From: Planctomycetota bacterium
GTDB lineage: Bacteria; Planctomycetota; UBA1135; UBA2386
Length of the DNA: 64,000 nt
Reading direction: 5' to 3'
Assembly (NCBI GenBank): GCA_965223545.1
Contig: OZ245006.1
Coordinates: 4,320,001-4,384,000 of the forward strand
Shown: positions 1-10,153 of the stretch, in pieces
How the letters are laid out: each line of letters opens with the position of its first letter
How positions within the stretch are numbered: the stretch's first letter is position 1
Position numbers and translations under genes: made by a program
Notes under the pieces: generated by a model
What the model saw: only the letters and a program-made list of their open reading frames with translations
Database searches by the model: none
Told to the model about the DNA's origin: nothing

Positions 1-1387
1 AAGGCGCCGGCCTTGTACTTCTTCTCTTCGCGCCGCGCTTCGGTGACGACGCGGCGCAACTGGTGCCCCTGGTAGGGGCGGCGTTGGGTGACCTCGGTGG
101 CGTACAGCGCGTCGACTTCGGCTTTCAGTTTGTCGTCGAGGCGGATGACGCTGATCTCGTGGTCGAGCAGTGCGTCGACCACGCCGGTGAGCTTGGCGGG
201 AAGCAGGTATCCCCACGGGCGGGTGATCGTCATCGTCGGATCGAACCGCGTCATCACCTGGCCGCGGACCTTGCGGTAGCCGGCCTCGCCGTCCGCATCG
301 CGCACCCAGAAATCGTCCTCGAACTTCGCCACCTGCTCGTAGTCGATCACGAGTGTGTCGTCGTCCGACACCGATGCGCCGTTCTCGGTGGCGCGCTGCA
401 TTGCGGCGGCGATCGCCGCCATCGTCTCCTTCGGCTGCGCCGCGGTGTGCTCGACGATCGCCAGCTGGCCGAGATACTGGCCCATCACCTGGTGCCGATA
501 GCGCTCGTCGTTGGGGATCTCGACCACGCGCTCGCCACCATCGACGATGCGGTGTGTGCCCGAGGGGGTCTCGAACAAGAACCCGATCATGTTGGCCATG
601 GTCGAGTAGACGTGCTGCTTGCGCGGTTCGACCGACGTGGGGACCCACCGCCAGTCTTCGCCTTCGCGGCGCGGCCCGGAGTACCAATAGCCGTCGTAGT
701 CCGCGGCGCGCAGCCTGCGCTGCACCGCGGGTAGGAACTGCTCGTTGCGATGCGAATCAGCTCGGCATCCCCCGCCGGGTTCATGCACGTTTGGTAGACC
801 AGGGTGTAGGGCGCCGAGCCCCCGTTGTGGGTGTCGACGTGGACGTGCGGTTGCCACGGGTTGATGACGCGAGTGACGAGCCCGCGGATCTCCGGGGACT
901 CGAGCTTGAGGTAGTCGCGGTTGAGGTCGAGGCCTTGCGTGTTCGTGCGCTGTCGCCGCTCGGCGCCGTCGGGGTTGACGTTGGGCACGATGAGTACCAC
1001 GACCTCTCGCAAGAGACCGCGGTGCTCGCCGATGGCGAGGTCGCGCAGCAGCATCAGCGTCGCGTCTTTGCCGGCGACTTCGCCGCCGTGCACGTTGCTG
1101 ACGATCAACACGATGGGCTTGCCCGCGTTGGCGGCGTCGGCGGGCCGGCGCACCGGTGGATCGGAGAGTGCGCACAGGATGACTCGATGGTCATCGGGAG
1201 TCTCGGCCACGTCGCTGACACTGAGCAGCGGAGACTGGGCCTGGAGTGCGGCGATGAACTCCATCATCGGCTCGTACATCGTCGGCCCGCGGCGAAACTC
1301 GGTGGCCTCCGCCGGCGTCGGCAGAGTCTGGGCCGAGAGGGGAGCGAAGCCGGCGATGACGCCGACGGCGAGACAAGTGCGGCGCAT
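1..1387 (-). pseudogene. M14 zinc carboxypeptidase family protein with a 1-bp frameshift near 746-748; runs off the window edge
   Basis: Signal peptide plus M14 motifs HGGEVAGK, PNVNPDG, DLNRDY and DTHNGG. After ...AELIRIA the protein-like reading continues in another frame (NEQFLPAVQRRLRAADYDGYWYSG...EPRKQHVYSTMANMIGFLFETPSG...), open to position 1. Could be a sequencing error rather than a pseudogene. Confidence 0.75.
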
Positions 1388-1450
1388 GCCGGCAGGCTAA
1401 CCGATGTCGGGGCGCGGAGCGCTGCCACGCTCCCGCCGCCGAGCCCGCTG

Positions 1451-2488
1451 TCAGGTGTCGCCGCGCACCGAGAAGTGCTTGAGGTCGCCGGTGCCGTAGA
1501 GCACGTGCGCGCGCCGGGAGCGCCGGGCGCCGCTGCCGGAGGCGTAGTACCACTCGCAGTCGTAGAGGCGAACGCGGAACGACGTGCGCCAGGTGCCGAG
1601 CTTCTTGTAGCGGAACTCGAACTCGTAGGTGCCGCTGACGCACGCCGTGACCGCCCACATCCACAAGCAGTATCGTTGGACGTACGGGTTGCCGGTGAGA
1701 TTGGTCCAGCAGTAGGAGAAGTCGGGGTTGCCGGTGCAGTGGTTGTTGATGAACCACGACGAGCTCATGCAGCCGCCGCGCAGCATCGGTGCCCGCGGCG
1801 GGTCTACCGACACGTCGGTCGCGGCGTCGACCGCTGCGAGGGGACTCTGTCGCGCGGCGTCGTCGGCGCGCGCTTGCGCCGCGCGCAGCGTCGCCGGTGC
1901 GGGCAGACCGCTGGTCGTCTCGTACAAGGTCACCGCATCGAGCTGGCCGGTGCGGTGGGCCTCGAGCCACGGCGGCTTCGGGCCGCTGCCGCCGGCGGCG
2001 ACCAGCAGCTCGCCTGGCTCGACTTCGATGAACAAGACCCGATTGCCGTCGCCGAGGTCGACCTGGGCCAGCAGCTCGCCCTCGTGCTGCAAGCGCGGGG
2101 CCGGCTCCACAGCGATCGGCGGCGACAGCCGCAGCGCCGCGCCAGCTTGTGCCGCCTGTGCGAAGAGTCCGGGAGGCACGCTCGCCGGATCCAACGCGAG
2201 GGTGGCGGCACCGGCTCCGTCGCGGTGGAGCGGCACGATCAACGGGTTGTCGAGGGCCAGCCGGCAGCCGCTGACCGCCAGCGGGCTCTCGCCCGAGTCG
2301 GTGCCGAGCAAGATCGCGATCGGTTGCCGGGCTGCTCCGTTGTCGACACGCAGCGCGATCTTGCCGGCGGCGGCGGCGTTCTCGATTCGGAGATCGCAGG
2401 CCCGATTCTGCGCGGACGTTTGCGCAGCTGCCGCGGCGGCCAACAGCGCGCCGGAGGTGAGGGAGATCACAGAGTGGGTCGTGGCCAT
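1451..2488 (-). CDS. Secreted hypothetical protein with a Cys/aromatic-rich C-terminal domain
   Basis: ATG at 2488 followed by a signal peptide ending ...LLAAAAAAQ; C-terminal ~105 aa has 6 Cys and many W/Y/F. Confidence 0.7.
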   Translation of the reverse strand: MATTHSVISLTSGALLAAAAAAQTSAQNRACDLRIENAAAAGKIALRVDNGAARQPIAILLGTDSGESPLAVSGCRLALDNPLIVPLHRDGAGAATLALDPASVPPGLFAQAAQAGAALRLSPPIAVEPAPRLQHEGELLAQVDLGDGNRVLFIEVEPGELLVAAGGSGPKPPWLEAHRTGQLDAVTLYETTSGLPAPATLRAAQARADDAARQSPLAAVDAATDVSVDPPRAPMLRGGCMSSSWFINNHCTGNPDFSYCWTNLTGNPYVQRYCLWMWAVTACVSGTYEFEFRYKKLGTWRTSFRVRLYDCEWYYASGSGARRSRRAHVLYGTGDLKHFSVRGDT

Positions 2489-2607
2489 GGTCGTGTCCTG
2501 GTCGTTGGGCGCCGCGGGGCGGCGCGGCTCACCGTCCGGAACGCCTTCGTTCCAGCAGTCCCAAGGTCCAATCCGCACCGGTGGGCAGATATCTTCTCCG
2601 GGCCGGC

Positions 2608-5058
2608 ATGAAGGTCATCGTCGCTGAGAAGCCGTCCGTCGCGCGTGACCTCGCACGCCACCTCGGGGCGCGCAACCGGCGCGAGGGCGCGATCGAGGGC
2701 AACGGCTGGATCGTGAGCTGGGCGCTCGGTCACTTGGCGGAGCTGAAGACGCCGGACGAGTACGACCCCGCGCTCAAGCGATGGACGCTGGAGGCGCTGC
2801 CGTTCGTGCCCGCCAAGTTCGAGCTGCGTCCGGCGGGCGACGCGGCGGCGCGCCGCCAGCTGGAGATCGTCGCGGCGCATTGTCGAGACGCGGACGAGCT
2901 GGTGTGCGCTACCGATGCCGGCCGCGAAGGCGAGTTGATCTTTCGTTACCTGCTCGAGATCGCCGGTTGTCCGGGGCGCGCGTTCCAGAGACTTTGGCTG
3001 AGCGCGCTCACCGACGAGGCGATCCGCGGCGCGTTCGCCAACTTGCGGCCGGGCGGCGACTACGAGCCGCTGCACGATGCGGCGCGCAGCCGTAGTGAAG
3101 CCGATTGGATCGTCGGTCTCAACGCGACGCGGGCGTTCACCGTGTGCTATGGCGGCGGCCGCGTGCTGTGGAGTGTCGGCCGGGTGCAGACGCCAGTGCT
3201 GGCGTTGATCGCGGCGCGGGACGACGAGATTCGGGTGTTCGTCGCGGCGCGCTTCTGGGAGCTGCGGACTCGCTATCGCGACGTGCGCTTCAAGCACAAG
3301 GGCGAGCGCTTCTTCGACCGCGAAGCGGCAGACGCGATGCTGCAGCGCGTGCGCGGGACCGAGCTGGAGGTGACCGCCGTCCAGTGCAAGCGGGAGAGCC
3401 AGCCGCCGCCGCTGCTGTACGACCTGACCCAGCTACAGCGCGATCTCAATCTTCGGCACGGCATGCCCGCCGCCAGAACACTGCAGCTGGCACAAGAGCT
3501 CTACGAGCGCAAGCTGCTGACCTATCCGCGCACCGACTGCCGGCACTTGCCGGCGAGCATGCTGGAGCCGGTGCGGGGCACCTTGAAGTCGTTGGCGCGG
3601 TGGCGTCCGGCGATCGCCGAGCGCGTCGATGCCGACGCGATCGAAGCCCGGCGCCGCGTGTTCGACGACGGCAAGGTCAGCGACCACCACGCCATCGTGC
3701 CGACCGGCAAGCTGCCCGCGGACCTGGCGCCGGACGCGGCTTCGGTCTTCGAGGCCGTCGCCCGCCGGCTGGTGCAGGTGTTCATGGCCGACAAGGACCA
3801 GGAGGTCACCACCGTCGAGGCGCAGTGTGCGGGGGTGCCGTTCCGCGCCCGCGGCGTGCGCGTTCTCGAACCGGGTTGGACGGCGCTCGAGCCGGCGGTC
3901 GCGACCCGCCGCAAGGTCGGCAAGAAGCAGGCCGAGGACGAGGATGACCAGCAGGTTCTGCCCGAGTTCGAGGCGGGGGAGCGCGGCCCGCACGCGCCGG
4001 AGCTGCATCAGGGCGACACCAAGCCGCCGCGGCCGTACACCGAGAACACGCTGCTCGGGGCGATGGAAACCGCGGGCAAGCTGGTCGACGACGAGGCGTT
4101 GCGCGAAGCGCTCAAGGAGCGGGGGCTCGGCACCCCGGCGACGCGGGCGGCGATCGTGGAGACCCTGTTGAGTCGGGGTTACATCACGCGCGAGAAGAAG
4201 GCGCTGCGGGTCACCGATCTCGGCCGCTACCTGGTCGCCATCGTGCGCGATCCGCTGTTGAAGTCGCCCGAGCTGACCGGTGGTTGGGAGCAGAAGCTCA
4301 AGCAGATCGAGGCGGGTGCCGCCGCGCGCGCCGACTTCATGCGGGACATCGTCGGCTATATCGAGCAGCTGATCGGCGAGGGCGTGACGCCGCAAAGGAT
4401 CGACGGCTTGGGCCGGTGCCCGCGCTGCAGCCGGCCGATGGTCGAAGGCCGCGAGGCGTTCGGTTGCTCGGGCTGGAGCGAGGGCTGCGAGTACAAGCTG
4501 TCGAAGACCTACCGCGGCGCGACGTTGACCGCGCGGATCGTGGGTGAGCTGATGCAGCGGCGCGTCTGCCTGGCACCGGTGCGGCTGGAAGAGGACGGCG
4601 CCCGCGTGCTGTGTCTCACTGCGAGTGGGGCCGTGATCGACGTGGCGCAGCCCAGCCGCGACGCCCAGGCGCGTGGCCGAGGTGCGGCCCAGCGTGCCGG
4701 CCGCCGGCAGCGGGCGGCCAAGAGCACCGCGCGCCGCGCGCCGGCTGCCAAGAGCGCCGGCACCAAACGGAAACGACGGGCAACCGCGGTCGAGCTTCCG
4801 CCATGCCCAGCGTGCCGGCGTCCCTTGGTCGAGGGGCAGCGGGGCTACGGCTGCTCGGGTTGGCAGCAGGGCTGCAAGTTCGTGGTGTGGAAGGCGATCG
4901 CCGGAAAGTCGATCGGTGCGGCGCTGGTCCGCACGCTGGTGAGCAAGGGCAAGACCCGGCTGCTGACCGGTTTCGTCGATGACGCAGGGGCGGAGTTCCG
5001 TGCGCGGTTGCGCATCGAGGGCAACGCGGTCCGGCTCGAGCGCGAGGCCGAGAGTTGA
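2608..5058 (+). CDS. topB: DNA topoisomerase III (type IA) with two C-terminal zinc-ribbon repeats
   Basis: TOPRIM motifs IVAEKPSVA and ATDAGREGELIF; SVGRVQTP; catalytic LTYPRTD; GLGTPATRAAI; two CPxC...GCSGW..GC repeats. Confidence 0.93.
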   Translation: MKVIVAEKPSVARDLARHLGARNRREGAIEGNGWIVSWALGHLAELKTPDEYDPALKRWTLEALPFVPAKFELRPAGDAAARRQLEIVAAHCRDADELVCATDAGREGELIFRYLLEIAGCPGRAFQRLWLSALTDEAIRGAFANLRPGGDYEPLHDAARSRSEADWIVGLNATRAFTVCYGGGRVLWSVGRVQTPVLALIAARDDEIRVFVAARFWELRTRYRDVRFKHKGERFFDREAADAMLQRVRGTELEVTAVQCKRESQPPPLLYDLTQLQRDLNLRHGMPAARTLQLAQELYERKLLTYPRTDCRHLPASMLEPVRGTLKSLARWRPAIAERVDADAIEARRRVFDDGKVSDHHAIVPTGKLPADLAPDAASVFEAVARRLVQVFMADKDQEVTTVEAQCAGVPFRARGVRVLEPGWTALEPAVATRRKVGKKQAEDEDDQQVLPEFEAGERGPHAPELHQGDTKPPRPYTENTLLGAMETAGKLVDDEALREALKERGLGTPATRAAIVETLLSRGYITREKKALRVTDLGRYLVAIVRDPLLKSPELTGGWEQKLKQIEAGAAARADFMRDIVGYIEQLIGEGVTPQRIDGLGRCPRCSRPMVEGREAFGCSGWSEGCEYKLSKTYRGATLTARIVGELMQRRVCLAPVRLEEDGARVLCLTASGAVIDVAQPSRDAQARGRGAAQRAGRRQRAAKSTARRAPAAKSAGTKRKRRATAVELPPCPACRRPLVEGQRGYGCSGWQQGCKFVVWKAIAGKSIGAALVRTLVSKGKTRLLTGFVDDAGAEFRARLRIEGNAVRLEREAES

Positions 5059-5061
5059 TCG

Positions 5062-6237
5062 CTACGACTCGGCCGGCCTGCAGCCCGGATCGACCTCGGA
5101 GTAGCCGGGAAACGGCGCGCCTTCCGCGCAGCAGCGGCAGTTCGGGTCGGGGCGCTGCCCGACTTCCATGAACGCCGCCCGCAGGGCGTCGTACACCAAC
5201 AGGCGGCCGACCAGCGGATCGCCGCGACCGAGCAAGATCTTGATGGTCTCGACGGCTTGCAACGTGCCGATCACGCCGGGTAACACGCCCAGCACTCCGG
5301 CTTCGGCGCAGGACGGGGCGAGTTCCGGCGGAGGGGGCTCTGGATACAAGCAGCGATAGCACGGGCCGCGCGCCGCACCCAAGCGCGCCGGCCAGAGCAC
5401 GGTGACCTGGCCTTCGAAACGATAGATCGAGCCGTGCACGTTGGGCAGGCCGAGCTTGACGCACGCGTCGTTGATCAAGTAGCGCGTGGCGAAGTTGTCC
5501 GCGCCGTCGACGACCACGTCGTAGCCGGCGAAGACCTCCTCGACGCATTCCGCGGTGAGCCGGCGCTGGATCGCACGAATCTCGACGTCCGGGTTCAGTC
5601 GTTCGAGCGTGCGCCGGGCGGACTCTGTCTTCGGCTGCCCGATGGTGTCCTCGCCGTGCAGGATCTGGCGCTGCAGGTTGCTCCGGTCGACGACGTCGTC
5701 GTCGACGATGCCGAGTGTGCCGACGCCGGCTGCGGCGAGATACAAGGCCGCCGGTGAGCCGAGGCCGCCCGCGCCGATCAGCAGCACGCGGGCGCGGCGC
5801 AGCCGCAGCTGGCCCGCCTCGCCGACCTCTGGAATCGCCAGATGGCGCGCGTAGCGCTGCCGCGCTAGGGCGTCGAGCTGCTCGGGAACCTCGCATGGCA
5901 GGCCGGCAGCTTGCCAGTCGCGATAGCCGCCGTCGACCGACACAACGTTGGTGTACCCCAACCGCTGGAGGTCGTCGGCGGCGAACAAAGAGCGCACTCC
6001 GCCGCCGCAGAGCACCAACAGCTCTGCATCGCTCGTCGAGGCGTGGCGCTCGATGGACAGCTCGAGGAAGCCGCGCCCGAGGCGCAGCGCTCCCGATGGG
6101 CTGCCGGCGGCGACCTCGTCGGCTTCGCGCACGTCGATCAACAACGCACCGTCGCGTTGGCGGCGGTGTGCCTCTGCTGGGGAGCACTGGCGAACGCGTT
6201 GGCGGAGCTCGGCCAGCCGCTGGTCCTTGAGGTTCAC
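5062..6237 (-). CDS. moeB: Rhodanese + ThiF/MoeB E1-like adenylyltransferase (MoeZ/MoeB type)
   Basis: N-terminal rhodanese (LIDVRE, LCGGGVRS); RYARHL; GAGGLGSP; SNLQRQILH; PCYRCLYP; CAEAGVLG; C-terminal CxxC. GTG start overlaps the upstream stop. Confidence 0.9.
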   Translation of the reverse strand: MNLKDQRLAELRQRVRQCSPAEAHRRQRDGALLIDVREADEVAAGSPSGALRLGRGFLELSIERHASTSDAELLVLCGGGVRSLFAADDLQRLGYTNVVSVDGGYRDWQAAGLPCEVPEQLDALARQRYARHLAIPEVGEAGQLRLRRARVLLIGAGGLGSPAALYLAAAGVGTLGIVDDDVVDRSNLQRQILHGEDTIGQPKTESARRTLERLNPDVEIRAIQRRLTAECVEEVFAGYDVVVDGADNFATRYLINDACVKLGLPNVHGSIYRFEGQVTVLWPARLGAARGPCYRCLYPEPPPPELAPSCAEAGVLGVLPGVIGTLQAVETIKILLGRGDPLVGRLLVYDALRAAFMEVGQRPDPNCRCCAEGAPFPGYSEVDPGCRPAES

Positions 6238-6761
6238 CCTCGCCCTCCCGCGCCGGGGTTCGATGGCTCGTGCATGACGACCGACAACGTAGCGCGGCCG
6301 ACGCCGGCATGCGGGCGACGACCGGCGAGCGTGACGCCGAGCTCGGTGCAGTGCCCCGCGCCACCGTGCCACCACGCGCGCAACCGGCGGCGGCATCGGC
6401 CCGCCGCGGTGGCCGTGGGGACGGTGATCAGGACGATGCTCGCCGGCCAGGCCGCCCGTTTGTCGGCGACCGAGGGCTGAATGGAGCCGTTCGGGTGGCT
6501 GTGCCAGGTGCCGAGCACCTGCCAACCCCGACGCGCGGCGCGGTCCGCCAGCCGTAGCCACGCGACGCCGTCCACGCGAAATCCGCGTTCCGGGTCCGCG
6601 GCCGTATTGGTGGTGACGACCGCGGCGTGCAGCCGAGCCCGCGGCGTCGCGACCGCGCCGAACAGCACGCCGCAGCTCTCTTCGGGCATCGCGCGGTCGG
6701 TCCATCGCGCCAGTGCGGCACGGGCCCGCGCACCGACCCAGAGTTCTCGCGGTGCACTCAC
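6234..6761 (-). CDS. JAB/MPN+ (M67) metallopeptidase, Mec-like
   Basis: PEESCGVL and WHSHPNGSIQPSVAD JAMM motif; adjacent to moeB; GTGA overlap with the upstream gene. Confidence 0.85.
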   Translation of the reverse strand: MSAPRELWVGARARAALARWTDRAMPEESCGVLFGAVATPRARLHAAVVTTNTAADPERGFRVDGVAWLRLADRAARRGWQVLGTWHSHPNGSIQPSVADKRAAWPASIVLITVPTATAAGRCRRRLRAWWHGGAGHCTELGVTLAGRRPHAGVGRATLSVVMHEPSNPGAGGRG

Positions 6762-7234
6762 CGGCCGTTGTCCTCGACGCGGCGAAGATACACCTGACAG
6801 CGCGCCGTCGCGCAGCACTCGCCGCTGGCGTCGATCGCGTGCGCACTGTGCGCCTGCACCGCCTTGCCGTCGCGCTCGATCGCCGCCGCAGCCCTCTCGA
6901 TCGCGTCGTCGTCGAGCTGGTAGTCGATGGTCAGGTGGGACTTGGCCGGCTTGAGGTAGTCCACTTCGGCGGCCTTGAGCCAGACCTGGAGATCCTGTCC
7001 CCGGCGGGCGAACACCTGCCAGTAGAGCAACGCGTAGATCGGATCGAAGCCGGTGAAGATGGCTCCGCCAAAGGTGGTGCCGTTGAGGTTGCGCGTCAAG
7101 AGACTGCGGCGCACCTGCACCTGGCAGCTGCGGAACCCGGCGCCGAACTCGACGATGCGCACGCGGTGGAACAGCATCGGGGGGTACAGGTTCAGCAGCC
7201 AGCGGAAGCTGCGCTCGGACATGATGCGGGCCAT
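6758..7234 (-). CDS. Hotdog-fold thioesterase (PaaI/DUF4442-like)
   Basis: LNLYPP, RNLNGTTFGGAIF..DPIY, VWLKAAEVDYLKPA. Confidence 0.8.
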   Translation of the reverse strand: MARIMSERSFRWLLNLYPPMLFHRVRIVEFGAGFRSCQVQVRRSLLTRNLNGTTFGGAIFTGFDPIYALLYWQVFARRGQDLQVWLKAAEVDYLKPAKSHLTIDYQLDDDAIERAAAAIERDGKAVQAHSAHAIDASGECCATARCQVYLRRVEDNGR

Positions 7235-7247
7235 CGCGCTGCGCAGC

Positions 7248-8198
7248 CTAACCCAACCGGCGGGGGACGCGATGGTCGGCCAGGGCGTGAAACGCCCACA
7301 CCGTGCTCACCACCGCCAGCGCCGGAAACACCCACACGTGCCAAACTCCGTGCAGAGCGGGTTCTTTGCTGCGGGCGAGGATCGTCCCCCACGACTCGTT
7401 GCCGCCCAGGCCCAAGAATGCGAGTGTGGCCTCGATGACGATGGCGCCGGCGAACAAGAACGCGGCGTTGACGCGGATCGGTCCCGCGGCGTTGGGCAGG
7501 ATGTGGTGGCTGAGGATGCGCCACGAGCTGACCCCGAGCCCGCGCGCCGCCAGGACGAATTCGCGCTCGCGAAGCCCGAGCACCTCGCCGCGGACCAGCC
7601 TGGCGAACGTTGTCCAGAACACGCCGCCGAGAATGATCATCACCGCCAGCGGCGAGTTGCCGAACAGGGCGGCCGCGATGAGCACGGCGAACAGGCCGGG
7701 GAAGCAGAGAAAGATCTCGATCAACAGCGAGATCACCGCGTCGATCCAGCCGCCGTGATACCCCGCCAGCGCTCCGAGCGGCACGCCGATCAGGGCGCTG
7801 AGCAGGACGGTCCCCGCGGCGATGTAGAAAGCGGTCTGCGTTCCCCACAGGATCCGCGACAGCAGGTCTCGCCCGACGTCGTCGATGCCGAACGGGTGTT
7901 CCAGGCTGGGTGGCTCGTTGCGGCGTTCGATGGCGCGGTCCATCAGCGGGCCGTATGGCCACGGCGGCATCACTGCCCAGTCATCGCTGTCGGTCGGCAG
8001 CGCCGCCCACCATTCGTTCCAGGTCTCGATCCGGTCCCGATAGGGGCCGATCGCGGCTTGCCCGGTGTAGGACGCGAACGCCGGGAAGCGCAGCGCGCCG
8101 TCGATCCGGGCGACGATCGGCACGTCGTTGGCGATCAAGGGGGCGAGCAGGGCGATGGCGAACAGCAGGCCGACCCACGCTGCAGCGATCCGCTTCAT
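7248..8198 (-). CDS. Peptide/nickel ABC transporter permease (OppC/DppC-like)
   Basis: HPFGIDDVGRDLLSRILWG; EAA-type loop EFVLAARGLG...HILPN; ATGA overlap. Confidence 0.88.
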   Translation of the reverse strand: MKRIAAAWVGLLFAIALLAPLIANDVPIVARIDGALRFPAFASYTGQAAIGPYRDRIETWNEWWAALPTDSDDWAVMPPWPYGPLMDRAIERRNEPPSLEHPFGIDDVGRDLLSRILWGTQTAFYIAAGTVLLSALIGVPLGALAGYHGGWIDAVISLLIEIFLCFPGLFAVLIAAALFGNSPLAVMIILGGVFWTTFARLVRGEVLGLREREFVLAARGLGVSSWRILSHHILPNAAGPIRVNAAFLFAGAIVIEATLAFLGLGGNESWGTILARSKEPALHGVWHVWVFPALAVVSTVWAFHALADHRVPRRLG

Positions 8199-9208
8199 CG
8201 GAGCCGGATCCTCGGGTCGACGACGCGGTGCAGCACGTCGGACAAGACCAAGCTCACCAGGGTGACGATCGCGACCAGCACCGTCATCGCCATCACCATG
8301 GGATACTCTTGCGCCATCGCGGCTTCGAACGCGAGCCGGCCGAGCCCAGGGAGCGAGAACACGTTCTCGACGACCACGGATCCGCTGATCATCGCCGGCA
8401 GCAAGACGCCGAGGAGGGTGACCAGTGGCGACAGGCCGTTGTGCAGGGCGCTGCGTCGCACGGTGCGCTCCGGCAGCCCCCAACCGCGCATCGCGCTTGC
8501 GAACTCCTGGGTCGCTGCCCGCGCGACCGAATCGCGCACGAACCGAGTCACGTAGACGCACGGACCGATCGCGAGGGCGGTCACCGGCAGGACCAAGTGG
8601 CAGCCCATGTCGAGGGCGCGCTCCCAGAGCGGCCACTGCTCGGCACCGATCGACATCAGGCCACGGCCCGGCAGCAGGGCGGGCCCCCAGCCGCCGGCGA
8701 ACGCGAGCAGGAGGAGCGTGGCGGCGAGGAACTCCGGTACGCCGTAGGCGATGAACAAGAGGGCGGCCGCGCCCCGGTCGAGCCAGCCGCCGGCGATCAT
8801 GCCGAGGCGGGCGCCGAGCGGGATGGCGATGCCCAGGCCCAACAGCAGCGCCAGCCCGTTGACCAGCAGGGTCACCGGCAAGGCCTCGGCGATGCGCTCG
8901 CGAAAGCGCGCCCGGTTCTCGCCCGGTCCCGCGAAATCGAGGCGGCAGGCGCGCGTCAGCCAGCCCCAATAGCGCACCCACACCGAGTAGGGTTGCTTGG
9001 TCTCCGGGTCGGCCATGCCCCAGTGAACGCGCAGGGCATCGAGCGCCTCGCGGGAAGTCCTGGCACCCGACTCGAGGTTGTGGCCGGTGGCGAGCTCGGC
9101 GCGATCGGAGGGCGCCAGGTCCATCAACAAGAACGTCAACAGCGTGATGCCGATCAACGCCGGCACCATGCGCAAGAGGCGCTTCGTCAGGTAGACGACC
9201 AGCGGCAC
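8195..9208 (-). CDS. Peptide/nickel ABC transporter permease (OppB/DppB-like)
   Basis: YLTKRLLRMVPALIGITLLTF; HLVLPV; GSVVVENVFSLPGLG; C-terminal DPRIR. Confidence 0.88.
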   Translation of the reverse strand: MPLVVYLTKRLLRMVPALIGITLLTFLLMDLAPSDRAELATGHNLESGARTSREALDALRVHWGMADPETKQPYSVWVRYWGWLTRACRLDFAGPGENRARFRERIAEALPVTLLVNGLALLLGLGIAIPLGARLGMIAGGWLDRGAAALLFIAYGVPEFLAATLLLLAFAGGWGPALLPGRGLMSIGAEQWPLWERALDMGCHLVLPVTALAIGPCVYVTRFVRDSVARAATQEFASAMRGWGLPERTVRRSALHNGLSPLVTLLGVLLPAMISGSVVVENVFSLPGLGRLAFEAAMAQEYPMVMAMTVLVAIVTLVSLVLSDVLHRVVDPRIRLR

Positions 9209-9216
9209 CGCTCCGG

Positions 9217-10005
9217 TCAGCGTCCCTCGATCGCCTGCAGAATGGCGTCGCGCGTGTCGACCCAGCCGTCCTCGGGGCGCTCGCCGTTGCGGAACTCGAG
9301 CGTCAGGATGCCGACGCCGCGGTCGCGGCCGAGCCACGAGCCGAGCGAGCCCGGCGTGCCGTGCAGCTGTTCCGAGGCGACGAGTGGAAAGCCGCTGGCC
9401 TCGGCGAAACGACGCGCATCCGCCTCGGCGGCCCCATCCCAGTTGATGAAGCGCCCGCGGCGGGCCGAGTGCGCGACGATGACCAAGTCGGGCGCGAGGT
9501 CGAGGATCAGTTGGTGCAGCGCCTTGGCCTCGGGTTGGTCCAGCGGCTGCCGACCGGTGGTGCGACTGGAGCGGAAGTTGCTCGCCGGGAAGTTGCGGTT
9601 GAGGTCGACGCCGTTGGCATTGCCGCGAGTGCCGGCGGCGGAGCCGTCCGGGTTGACGTCTTCGACGATCGACAGCGTCACCCGGTCGCCGAGCCCTTGG
9701 GCGGCGAACGCCCCCGGCAGCGCATCAGTGGCGACGCTGCCTTCGCGCTCATTGCCGTGGATGCCACCGACCCACAGCACGCGCCGCGGTCCGCCGCCGA
9801 TGTGCCTCACCAGCAAGGGCCGGCCTTCGACCGAAAAGCCGAACGTCTGCCATGCACTGGGCCGGGTGGCGCGGCCGGTGGCTCGTTCCGAGCTGCGCGT
9901 CGCCACCGGTTCTTCCTCCGGACGCAGTGGCTCGTGCTGGATCGGGCGCGGCAGGACGCAACCCCCCACGCCAAGGAGAAGAACGCAGGCGGCGAGCCGG
10001 AGCAT
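9217..10005 (-). CDS. M14 peptidase, murein tripeptide amidase MpaA-like lipoprotein
   Basis: Lipobox-like LGVGGC; GFSVEGRPL; GGIHGNE; NPDG...RGNANGVDLNRNFP; TPGSLGSW; TLEF. Confidence 0.78.
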   Translation of the reverse strand: MLRLAACVLLLGVGGCVLPRPIQHEPLRPEEEPVATRSSERATGRATRPSAWQTFGFSVEGRPLLVRHIGGGPRRVLWVGGIHGNEREGSVATDALPGAFAAQGLGDRVTLSIVEDVNPDGSAAGTRGNANGVDLNRNFPASNFRSSRTTGRQPLDQPEAKALHQLILDLAPDLVIVAHSARRGRFINWDGAAEADARRFAEASGFPLVASEQLHGTPGSLGSWLGRDRGVGILTLEFRNGERPEDGWVDTRDAILQAIEGR

Positions 10006-10153
10006 GGTGGCAACCATAGCGAAGGGTCGGCCGCGTGTCCGTGTTCTGAATGAGCGCTTCGGCCCGCGATGCCGATACATCGCGCATGAACACGTGGCGG
10101 CGGGTGCACGAGCAGGCGTGGGGCGAGTGCCGACCCTGACTCCGCGACCCCTG

